Below are positions 50,693-61,741 of a stretch of 64,000 nucleotides of DNA, in pieces. The notes beneath the pieces were generated by a model. The model made no database searches, was not told the DNA's origin, and saw only the letters and a program-made list of their open reading frames with translations. The stretch lies in NCBI RefSeq assembly GCF_022045235.1, contig NW_027266275.1:53010001-53074000 (forward strand). The letters run 5' to 3'. The DNA comes from Haliotis cracherodii. Lineage: Eukaryota. The first letter of the stretch is position 1. Each line of letters begins with the position of its first letter. The translations under genes and the position numbers were made by a program.

Positions 50693-51940
50693 ATGTTTTG
50701 TTTTCCTATTCGCAGGTCATGTTTGTTGGTAGCAGCCTTTATCCTGCTGCTGGTGTATTCGGCTCCTATATATCACCTCATCAAAGTAAATTTTCTCAAA
50801 CGGCGTAGTCTGGTCCCTGTACAATATACGGGAGTGATGGGAAGGACGATTTCCCGTAATGAGACACGCAATAAGAACGACCAAGTATCAATGCATAATC
50901 TCAAGACAGTTCAGTTTGATTTGACAAAACCTGACACACGTGAACACGAAACGTCGTCCATAAGGTCTAACATTGGAAAGAAGGGACATCCACACAAATT
51001 GCTAGTCTGGCATATGATTCCAAGTCGTCATAAGCATTACAATGCCCATCATGTGAAGTGCAAGCATTACACGTGCATATTCTCTTCCAATACTTCGTAT
51101 ATACCGGAAGCAGATGCCGTCATTGTTGATGTGTTCTTGCTGTCAAGACACCGAAGCAAAGAAGTACCACTAAGATCTAGTCCAGACCAGGTGTGGATAC
51201 TTTTTGCTCAAGAACCATGGGCTAACTACAGATCTCTTTTTCCTGCACAAAATTGGAATGGTATTTTTAACTGGACACTCACATATCAGCGTCATTCTGA
51301 TTTCTGGGTACCCTACGGCGTTCTGAGGTACCAACGGAGTCAGAAACAACCTGACTGGAATAAGCTCATGAAACTGAAGACAAAGAAGGTCCTGTGGCTC
51401 GTAGGTAATTGTAAAGCACTGAGTAAACGAGAAGAATACGTCGAAGAGTTGAAGAAGTATATCCCTGTCGATATTGTCGGACGTTGTGGGAGGTCCAACG
51501 TAAACTGTACTTCCGGAAACATAACAGATGAAGATAAATGTTTGGAACAGTATAAGTTTTATCTCTCTTTTGAAAGTACTCTTTGTAAAGATTATGTGAC
51601 AGAAAAGTTTTTCAAGACATTTCAAAGGGATCGTCATATCATTCCTATAGTTCGTGGTAATGGTGATTATGCAAAACATTATCCCAAAGACACGTACCTG
51701 AACACAGCTGACTTCCGGTCCCCTAAAGATCTGGCTGCGCATCTTTTATACCTGGATAAGAACTCCACTGCCTACCTTGACCTTCTCAAAACACATGCGC
51801 TGTATAGACATCACAGTGCGGGAAGAAAGATATGCGACATGTGTATAAGTCTCCACACCCTAGACCAACATAGAAAGTCGTACCCCGATATCTCGGGGTG
51901 GATGGACAGATGTGACAACGTGACAGATCTACATTGGTAA
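50693..51940 (+). CDS. Alpha-1,3-fucosyltransferase (GT10), type II Golgi membrane protein, paralogue 1
   Basis: N-terminal TM segment, ADAVI, DQVWILFAQEP, FNWTLTYQRHSDFWVPYG, YKFYLSFES-x2-C-KDYVTEKF, DFRSPKDLA. The ORF-track start at 50582 lies in a retroposon tail; the true start is ATG 50693 or an upstream exon spliced to the acceptor at 50715. Confidence 0.93.
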   Translation: MFCFPIRRSCLLVAAFILLLVYSAPIYHLIKVNFLKRRSLVPVQYTGVMGRTISRNETRNKNDQVSMHNLKTVQFDLTKPDTREHETSSIRSNIGKKGHPHKLLVWHMIPSRHKHYNAHHVKCKHYTCIFSSNTSYIPEADAVIVDVFLLSRHRSKEVPLRSSPDQVWILFAQEPWANYRSLFPAQNWNGIFNWTLTYQRHSDFWVPYGVLRYQRSQKQPDWNKLMKLKTKKVLWLVGNCKALSKREEYVEELKKYIPVDIVGRCGRSNVNCTSGNITDEDKCLEQYKFYLSFESTLCKDYVTEKFFKTFQRDRHIIPIVRGNGDYAKHYPKDTYLNTADFRSPKDLAAHLLYLDKNSTAYLDLLKTHALYRHHSAGRKICDMCISLHTLDQHRKSYPDISGWMDRCDNVTDLHW

Positions 51941-53331
51941 AACTATATACGTCAACAGTTGACAGGGTCAGTGAGAGGAGCCGACGCCGATGTATATTTA
52001 ACAGGATATTTGAATAGAAAACATGTCTACCTACAAAACGAAATAATTTGAGAGGCACTGACGAACGTCTTTCCATTGATATTCACATGAAGCTCCATAC
52101 TAAAAGTTTTTTTTGCTTTTTTAGTGTGTGTGCTGTTTTGTGTGTGTGTGTGTTTTGTTGATGGTGGTGGTGTTTTACGCCGCACTCAGCAATACTCCAG
52201 CTTTATGACGGCGTCTTGTAAATACTCGAGTATAGACCAGGGCCTTGTCCCTCAAACTTCGACTCTGTTAATGTATGGGAATAACGATCATCTTATGCGT
52301 GTAGAAATTAAAATACTGGGTATCCAGAATATCACCGACGTTAGGGGTCCAATGTGGCTCCTAAATGTGGAAACCTCTAACAGAGCTTAAGGTGCAAATA
52401 TTGGTGCAAATTGGCCATATAGAAACGTGCTACAACACCTGTTAAAGCAAATCAGGTAAGGGAGATCAATTAATGTTTCAATTTATTTTTCCATGGGTTA
52501 AATAACGAAGAGGCTTAAAAACGTGCAGTCCCAGTCGGTACAGAATTACAATATAGCAGGTATTTACTGAAGCTTCAGTAAAATGATCACTTTTCTTAAA
52601 TAGTCTTCTTGAGACAAACGGTAGTATAATAATATCCTGTATGAGGTGAGAAAGTTGCTGACTACTTGATAAAAAAGAAATTAGCATTTAATATAGAAAC
52701 CTAGAATATAGAAATCAATAGGTTGCATTTTATGCATTTTATTTCGGGTACTGCACTATGTTCTCCTTGATTAACCTTGGATGAACCCAGTCAAGCCGGG
52801 TTGCCAGAAATGTGGTAACCTCGGTTGATTCAGGCCACTCCAATTTTAATAATCGTACGCACTTTTTACTGTTTCTGTATGACACTTACAGACAATGACA
52901 CCGATGAAAACGTTGCATTTTCGCTTAGTGGCCCGACACATTTGTCCATATCAATATGAGCCCGTGGTTAGTCAAGATTGTCTTCACAGCAGCGAGGTAG
53001 ATCTATTGCGTGAAGTCGATCGATAAGATGTCAACACTGAAACGCTAATGAACAAAAACTGGAAAGTTTTCAAATTTGCAACGTGTAACAATCATTTAGA
53101 CGTTGAGCAGAAAACCCCATTTGTGTGATCTAATGTATAACCGGGGAGCAAAACACATTTTCTCAATATGAGTATATACACTTCCTCATCCTTCCTATCA
53201 CTGATTCATAGTATTTCATGATGATGTGAAAATACTAAGGAATAGTAAATCTATTATTTAAAAAATCAAACGTATTAAGCGCTATCCTCACTTTTCTGAA
53301 TGAAATGAATGTTAATAGAATATTTTTGTTG

Positions 53332-54202
53332 GTTGTCATGTAAAATGTGCCAGGTGTAGATGACGCATTGTTGTCATGTAAAATGTGCCAGGTGTAGATG
53401 ACGCATTGTTGTCATGTAAAATGTGCCAGGTGTAGATGACGCATTGTTGTCATGTAAAATGTGCCAGGTGTAGATGACGCATTGTTGTCATGTAAAATGT
53501 GCCAGGTGTAGATGACACATTGTTGTCATGTAAAATGTGCCAGGTGTAGATGACGCATTGTTGTCATGTAAAATGTGCCAGGTGTAGATGACGCATTGTT
53601 GTCATGTAAAATGTGCCAGGTGTAGATGACACATTGTTGTCATGTAAAATGTGCCAGGTGTAGATGACGCATTGTTGTCATGTAAAATGTGCCAGGTGTA
53701 GATGACGCATTGTTGTCATGTAAAATGTGCCAGGTGTAGATGACGCATTGTTGTCATGTAAAATGTGCCAGGTGTAGATGACGCATTGTTGTCATGTAAA
53801 ATGTGCCAGGTGTAGATGACGCATTGTTGTCATGTAAAATGTGCCAGGTGTAGATGACACATTGTTGTCATGTAAAATGTGCCAGGTGTAGATGACGCAT
53901 TGTTGTCATGTAAAATGTGCCAGGTGTAGATGACGCATTGTTGTCATGTAAAATGTGCCAGGTGTAGATGACGCATTGTTGTCATGTAAAATGTGCCAGG
54001 TGTAGATGACGCATTGTTGTCATGTAAAATGTGCCAGGTGTAGATGACACATTGTTGTCATGTAAAATGTGCCAGGTGTAGATGACGCATTGTTGTCATG
54101 TAAAATGTGCCAGGTGTAGATGACGCATTGTTGTCATGTAAAATGTGCCAGGTGTAGATGACACATTGTTGTCATGTAAAATATGCCAGGTGTAGATGAC
54201 GC
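53332..54202. repeat. 38-bp tandem satellite, about 23 near-identical copies
   Basis: Unit GTTGTCATGTAAAATGTGCCAGGTGTAGATGACGCATT; no spacers. Confidence 0.98.
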
Positions 54203-54671
54203 TTACCATTGTCAAAGCATTGTTCATTGTGTTGTCTTTATGCCAAACATTTAGCCTAGGGCTAAAGCTAAATTTGTTTTCTATACAAATGAATGTTTGT
54301 GTTACGTTTATTGTCTAGTGATTGTGGTCAGTTAATACTGCCGTTTAAAAAGTTGTAATAATATGTACTTCATTCATCAACAGAGAGATGTTAGTGGCTA
54401 GTCTTGTTAAAAAACATCCACCATTATGCATGGTCTACCATATATGAGATATATATATATATACAAACGAAGAATGAAATAAACATAGACAATTTATTTA
54501 ACAACAAATAAATGAAAATAACTGACAATAATACATTCAAATATTCCTCTCACATAATTTCCAAAAATATGTATCCCACATTAACTTAACGCCAGCTTTT
54601 TGTCACACAACCGGTTTGAAAAAAAACATGGGTCCGCCTCTCTGACTGATAATCGCTAATAAACATACATA

Positions 54672-54846
54672 CAGTAAACTACGGTTATAACGAACTCGAA
54701 GGGACCACTTATTTTAGTTCGCAATAACCGTAGTTCGTTATAAGCATATATACAGCATTTATACGACAAATGGTCGGGACTAAAAAATAAGTTCGTTATA
54801 TCGGTCAGTTCGTTATAAGCGTGTTCATTATAAACGTAGTTTACTG
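54672..54846. mobile_element. Tc1/pogo-type MITE
   Basis: TIRs CAGTAAACTACGGTTATAACGAAC / GTTCATTATAAACGTAGTTTACTG, TA duplication, internal repeats of TTCGTTATA. Confidence 0.88.
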
Positions 54847-55944
54847 TACAATAAAACAAAAATGACAAACAAACATTTATTTCACATTTACCTGAAAAGC
54901 ATTCCCGAGGCAAAAACTAAAACAATTTCTTAAACATCTTCATTTATACTAGTTATATCAAAAAGGTGTATATAATATACGTGCTGGTGAGTATTAACCA
55001 TTGTTGTATTATACAATATTAAAATTCAGTTTGGCTCTCGGATTTCCGTAACACTTGTTACATTTGTTTAAAGAACAAGTAAACCCCACCGCAACACAAT
55101 ACCCCATTTCGTGTCTTTCATACACCGAAAATAACAGAAAATTCGTGTCATGTAGGTTAATGCAATGCAAACTAAGAGAAATGGCGGGCGTCTCTCAATT
55201 TTGGCGTCATAGCTCCATTTCGTTCTGTAGCCGGGATTTCGATATGCATACACGCTGGTTGTGTGTTCAGGGCAGTTGGCTGTTTCTTTTTATATTTCAA
55301 AATAGTAATTTAAAGACGCAGCCGTTACTAAATCCCTCGGATCTAATTCAGGTATTGACGGCTGGTATTTAATCTGGCGGAACAATTTCAATATATAATC
55401 AATATGCTTTCGTCCTTTCCCTTACACACCTGGAGCCAGTCACTAGGCTTCACGACTGCTGTGCTTTAGAGAGTGAAGTAACCGACACTAGTCTTAATGG
55501 TTGGTTGGTTTGTTGTTTTACGCCGCACTCAGCAATATTCCAGGTATATGACGGCGGTCTGTAAATAATCGAATCTGGACCAGGCAATCCAGTGATTGAC
55601 ATCATGAGCATCGATCAACGCAATTGAGATCGATGACATGCTTGAACCAAGTCAGCGAGCCTGACCATCCGATCCCGTTTGTCGCCTCTTACGACAAGCA
55701 TACTAGTCTTGATGAACTGATTTACTTTGTAATCTCCTAAACACACACACACATGCCCAACGGATCCCCTGAAAACATGCGTTTCTGGTTTGAGGTAGTA
55801 TTTACTACCATGTTGAAAATGACTGGTGTAAGATATACAAGATGTTTCACTATGTTTATGTGGTACCTAGAACGTCCTGGCCAATAGTACAAATGATACA
55901 TGTACGCTAGTTAGCGTTGGCCAGGTGGGCAAATGGTATACATA

Positions 55945-56832
55945 TACTGAACCAAATTAAAAACTTCACAATCCTAAAATTTTAACATTTTGACCAGTTA
56001 TCATTGTGGGCCCTTATTGTGTATTTAAACAGTAATGGCCACGTATTGTCTTCAGATAACACCCGTTTTTTGTGCATGTGAATCTATCAAAATCATGTGC
56101 ACACCACTATAGTGGCAACAGCTGTTTTTCATGTGCAACTGGTCACGTGGCCATAATACCGCACGTGTTTTCAGCCATACTTGTTAGCAGTCATTAACAA
56201 AAAAAGAAAAACACAAGAAAAAAAAGTCTTTACGGCCATTTGTCATGCCACGCCATTCAAATGTGCAACGTGAACGTGCCATCGGCATGTTGCAGACGGG
56301 AACGTCCGTAGCTGAAGTCGCAAGGACGATGGGTTGTAGTCGACGGACTGTTTATGATTTACAGACGCGTCTACAGCAAACGGGTACCACCGCTGATCGC
56401 CCTCGGCCAGGTCGACCACGTGTGACGTCACATGCAGAGGATCGTCAGATTGTCTTACGTCACCTCCGTAACCGATTTTTGACGGCTACATCAACCAGAA
56501 ATGAACTGTTTAGGGGTAGACTGAGTGCGCAAACTGTTCGAAACCGTCTGAGAACTGCTCACCTTCAAGCACGACGGCCATACTGCGGGCCGATTCTGAC
56601 TCAATTACACAGACGTTAACGTCAATTGTGGGCACAGCAACACTTACGATGGACTCGAGGAACTGTTGATGTTATTTCCGAATAAATGGAACAAATTATG
56701 GTTACCACCGTTAATTAAAATCCTTCTTTGGACATTAATGATTAAAAATTACCTTCTCTGATACATTTGTCCGTTGTATATCATATATGGGATTACTTTT
56801 AAAAATGTGACTGTTTTTAATTTGACTCAGTA
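55945..56832 (+). mobile_element. Tc1-like DNA transposon, internally deleted
   Basis: About 27-bp imperfect TIRs (TACTGAACCAAATTAAAAAC / GTTTTTAATTTGACTCAGTA) with TA on both sides; ORF 56245-56619 has RERAIGML, VAEVARTMGCS, DRPRPGRPRVTS, SAQTVRNRL; DDE domain missing. Confidence 0.92.
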
Positions 56833-57625
56833 TATTAATCTAAATACATCCTTATACCGGCTGATGAATTTAATTTATATAGATTATATGTGATTTGTAA
56901 TATCTGTTGATAAAAGCTGGTTATATTTCGTTCGAGAAATATTTGACATTTACACATTTGAAAACACGTACTAAGAAAAGCTTTCGAATTCTTGTATGAT
57001 ATGGACAGACCTAATGGAACTCATTTTGTCTTTTACTGCGTGATAATTACATTTGTTGCATTTCAGTAATTTTATAAGTCAGTATAAGCGTTGTCAAAAT
57101 AATAAAAATATTCGGCACATATACACCAGATACGAATAAGAACGTTATCTCAAGTCGAAGATTTCTGGTTCTGGTATCGAGGTATGTAGAATGATGCTTA
57201 AGAAATGATATTTGGAATTGTAAATTCTAGCATCTTTGTTTTAAACATTATATAAAAAGAAATATATTTACTTAGCCGGGACCTTGGATAAATATGCTTG
57301 TTTTGGTACCAAATCTACTCCAAAACGTTATATAAAAAGAAATATATTTCCACAATCTTTCATGATCAAAACATGAAAATCATAAAGCAGTAAATAGTTC
57401 CAGAAGAGGTGCAGGGAACCATCACTCCAAAACCATATACATACATCTACTGCTTTATTTTGTTACTTGTTGTTCCCCTGTCTGGCGCTCGGCATTAAGG
57501 GGCAAAACAAGGACTGGTCGGCTCGGAGTCGGTTTACTGTGAGTGGGGTATTCATGTTACACAGTGGCGTTGTATCTCAGTGGACTAGCACTATAAAATG
57601 ATAATATCCTCATATGTCCGGACTA

Positions 57626-57664
<39 letters not shown>

Positions 57665-58079
57665 TGTTTAAGAAATCACTTTTCTACATTCTTCCATATG
57701 TGTAACCCACAATTCCCAATCATATATTAATACAAAGCTAGTGTACTATCCAACGTTGTAGAAGCAACCTTATGAGATATAGACAGATAATTCTACAAAC
57801 ATTTCAAAACGGAAAAGAGAGTCTTCATTAACACATTATTTAGTGCTCTTTATCTGTCCACCATTTTTGCATAAAATTAAGGACTTCCCTAAGTCAAACA
57901 CCATTGGTTCCGGTAACATTTCAACATATCAAGTTTCGAAACCACGATCATAGGTTTATGGCTCACCTCAGGGACGCAAGTGGCGGCGCCTGGGTCCCAT
58001 GCCACACCCCTCACACCCCTCACTCTCATCACTCCTTACACTGTGACAGAGATACGATTAGGAACATCCTTAGACGTTT

Positions 58080-59229
58080 TTAATAATCTTTCCGACTTTC
58101 ACATGTGTCCATCCAGCCGGAGATATCGGGGTACGACTTTCTATGTTGGTCTAGGGTGTGGAGACTAATACACATCTCGCAGCTATTTGGTTTGAAAGGA
58201 ACCTTTTCATACTGCGCATGTGTTTTGAGAAGGTCAAGGTAGACAGATGTGTTCTTATCCAGATATGAAAGATGAGCACCCAGATCTTTAGGGGATCGGA
58301 AGTCAGCTGTGTTCAGGTACGTGTCTTTGGGGTAATGTTTTGCATAATCACCATTGCCACGAACTACAGGAATGATATGACGGTCATTTTGAAAAGTCTT
58401 CAAAAACTTCTCGGTGACATAATCTTTACAAAAATTACTTTCAAACGACAGGTAAAACTTATATTGTCTGTAACAGCTGTCTTCCTTTCCATCCACAGTG
58501 CAGTTGGGCCTCCCACAATCCCCGATAATATCGACTGGGATATACTTCTTTAACTCATCCACGTATTGCATTCTGTTGCTCGAACCTCCACAATTACTTA
58601 CGAACCACAAGACCTTCTTTGTCTTCAGTCTCATGACTTGATTCCAATTAATCGTACTCAACTTCTGTCGTCTTCTCAGATGTCCGTAGCTCGCATGGAA
58701 ATCAGATTTTCTCTCATATGTATAGGTCCAGTTAAAAACGCTGTTCCAGTTCTCACCTGGAAACTGATTGCGGTAGTTTGCCCAGGGTTCCAGAGTAAAG
58801 AATACCCACACCTGGTCCGGATGAATTCGCAATGGCGTCTCCTTGATGGAGGTCCTCGTCACAACCCAAGCATGAAATACAACAGCGTCTGCTTCGTGCA
58901 GATATGACGTGTTTGTGGAGAATATACACGTGTAACGCCCACACTTTACGTTTTGTGCATTGTATTGTTTCCAGTGGACTTTAGTTTTATACCAGACAAT
59001 CAGTTTGTCTGTATGACTATTACGACTGTTCGAAGTGACGGGAGACTTTATGTCTCGTTGATCTGTCTTGATATCAAGTCCAAATAGTGGCTGGTTTGAC
59101 AGTTTAAGGTCCATTGTTTCATCGAACCCTTCTGTATTCTTATCATTGAATAAATATTTTTGGACGAGGTAATATGTGAGTACATAAGATCCTTGTATGA
59201 TGATGAATGCAGCCAAAAGCATGAAATAT
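58080..59229 (-). CDS. Alpha-1,3-fucosyltransferase (GT10), paralogue 2
   Basis: Same motifs (ADAVVFH, DQVWVFFTLEP, FNWTYTYERKSD, WFVSNC, YKFYLSFESNFCKDYVTEK). Strong acceptor tttcttttcag at 59230, in-frame ATG 59222; a possible 20-nt upstream exon at 61570-61589 would give MR-YFMLL. Confidence 0.93.
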
Positions 59230-59459
59230 CTGAAAAGAAAAAAACAAAAAATATTTTATTCAGCAACTTCAGTTATAGCAAATCATGAAAAGTTTCATTA
59301 TGTTATAAATTAAGTGCATCGGATTTGTGTTCAACTGTTTATATGTATTGCAATAAACAAACATCAGCATGAATTAGAATAGGTGAGGTTCCGAATTCAC
59401 TCAAAGTGGCGTTAACCTTAAACAACCACTCAACATGCACGTCTCAAATATACACCAAG

Positions 59460-59815
59460 AGGTGAGGTGAAATTGGATTGACGTCGCGTCCATGATTATT
59501 GCACTTATATAGCGACGTGCATGTACGTGTGTGTTTGGGTTTGTGTGGCTGTTTGTACTAGTCCGGACTGATGCCGATTTATGGTGCTAGCTCACTGACA
59601 TACCATGCCGAAGTTTAACATGAATACCCCACTCTGACACAGTATACTGACTCCGATCCGACCAGTCCTTGTCTTAGCCCCTTAATGCCGAGCGCAAGAC
59701 AGGGTAAAAACAAGTACCATCTTTTAACGTCTTTTGGTATGACGCGGCCGGGGATCGAACCCCGGACCTTCCGTTCTCCGGGCGGAAACTCTGACACTAG
59801 ACCACGGAGGCGGTC
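59460..59815 (-). mobile_element. SINE family B copy
   Basis: Full-length match to 34028-34378. Confidence 0.9.
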
Positions 59816-61741
59816 CATATACTATAAGAGAACATTGAGGCAGTGCAGCAAAGTAACGCGGCTAAAGGTGAGATGTAGAGAAGTTTTCTCAGGCATATCA
59901 AATTGGCCAGGTCTGAGGCTAGAGGAAAACCTGAAAAAACCAGTGTGGTTTCATGATGCAGGGAATCCAAATATATCATTTTAAGAACACGATCAACTAA
60001 ATAAGTAATAATAATTCTTGTATAAAAACAATGCTTGATACAATTGAAATATTTCGTAAACGCGGATAACTGTTAATATGATATGACTTGAAATTTGTTT
60101 TATGATACTTTGTGGTTGGAATAGTTCACAAAACACAATTGTCCTGAATTAAGTTTGAATACAACTAACAACAAAAAGGCGACTTAAGGCACAGCATAGC
60201 CATTGTTTTTTCATACTAAGCTACATAGACGCAACGAATTCTATTTTTAATCAGCTTGACTTTGATTTACCAAAGCTACACATTCGTGGAATGCCAAATA
60301 AATTGTACGCAATTATGATTATGATGTGAGTATCTTAATTTGTACTACTAATAACAATACATTTCCTTTCGATATATGCGGAAATAACTGAAAAGAAATT
60401 ATTGAAGATATCAAAAATAAGAATTTTAGGACTGATTTTGGTAATACATAAATAATGAATCAATGAATAAGGCCTGAATAGTGAACATGCCGATCCTTAA
60501 TTATGTGGATAAATACAGGACATTACTGTGACAGCCGCATCACCAAATAACATTGTATTACATATTTAAAAACAGCTGTTTATTACACTCGGGTAAAAAT
60601 ATTCCCTTATTCTCTGGTCTTGGTGTGTTTCCCTTATACTTGGTCTAGCCTGCGAATGCAGTGAATTAATCGGATGAAGATATATTCTGTTCTGTGATTT
60701 CGAACTGTAATAACGCATAATCAACTTTTACTTGAAGGACAAGAAAACGGTTTCAGCAGTAACCCGAATGGGTATGATAATCGAGAAAGTGCGTGCACAA
60801 GAGCGGACAACCCTGTATGTGTAGTTAAATAGTAAATCTTAAACTATGAGGGTTGACTGATAAATTCTGAGCCGCACACAGAAGGATTTGCGTCGAAGTG
60901 AAATCATTTGCTGTGAACATTACATGACGAATGGGAAAAAGTAACTGTACCTTAAGTATCTAAAGTTCAATAAACATATATCTGCTGTGAAATTAAATAA
61001 TGCATCTTTAAATACATATTCATGAAGACATCTCCACGATTAAACAATTTTATTTTAAAAACCATATAAAGACAGCCTATTTCATACAAAGCATGAAGAT
61101 GAAATATATGATTATTGTATGTTCTTATACAAACCGTTTTCCACGAACCATGGCCACACCAGAAGGTATTCGCTGTCAGTATGAATGCAACAGAACAACT
61201 ACATTTAAACGTATTAAGCGATAGAGGACTACGTGTGGTCATGTCAACCTGTATGGATTTAATAATACAATCTGTCAAGCAGGTGTGTGTTAATCGATCA
61301 AATGTAAATGTTTCCTGTTTGATCGGAGCTATGTTTATAGTTTATCCATTTTTCCGGAGACAAACATCCGAGCAGGCACATGATCTGAGATTGACACGTT
61401 GAAAGAAATTGTACCAACATTATTTCAACATTGCTGTTTGAAGATACGTTGAAATGTGACATTGCTTCAACATGCTTCAACTTTGACTTTTCAAGAGTAG
61501 CTGCGCCACTCATGACAATGTCAATAGGTCACAAGAAAAGTCATTTTTTTTATTTATTTGATCTCTCACCTCATCCTACATGTCTTGGTCTGAAAACCAT
61601 AGAGTCGATCTGTTGGGCTAAAAGATAGTTCCGGCAAAATGTGTTATTTCGCCAGAATGAAATAAAACGTATTTTCCCCTGAGTGAAATATCGATATTTA
61701 TGTTTTCAGATAAATAGAATATTTCATTTCTAAGTGCTTAA

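Noticed and set aside
51170-51742. 190-aa antisense ORF (and counterparts at 58272-58907)
   Set aside because: Shadow of the fucosyltransferase coding strand; interrupted in the paralogue.
53332-54202. CRISPR-like 38-bp repeats
   Set aside because: Units are directly adjacent with no unique spacers, there are no cas genes, and the context is eukaryotic.
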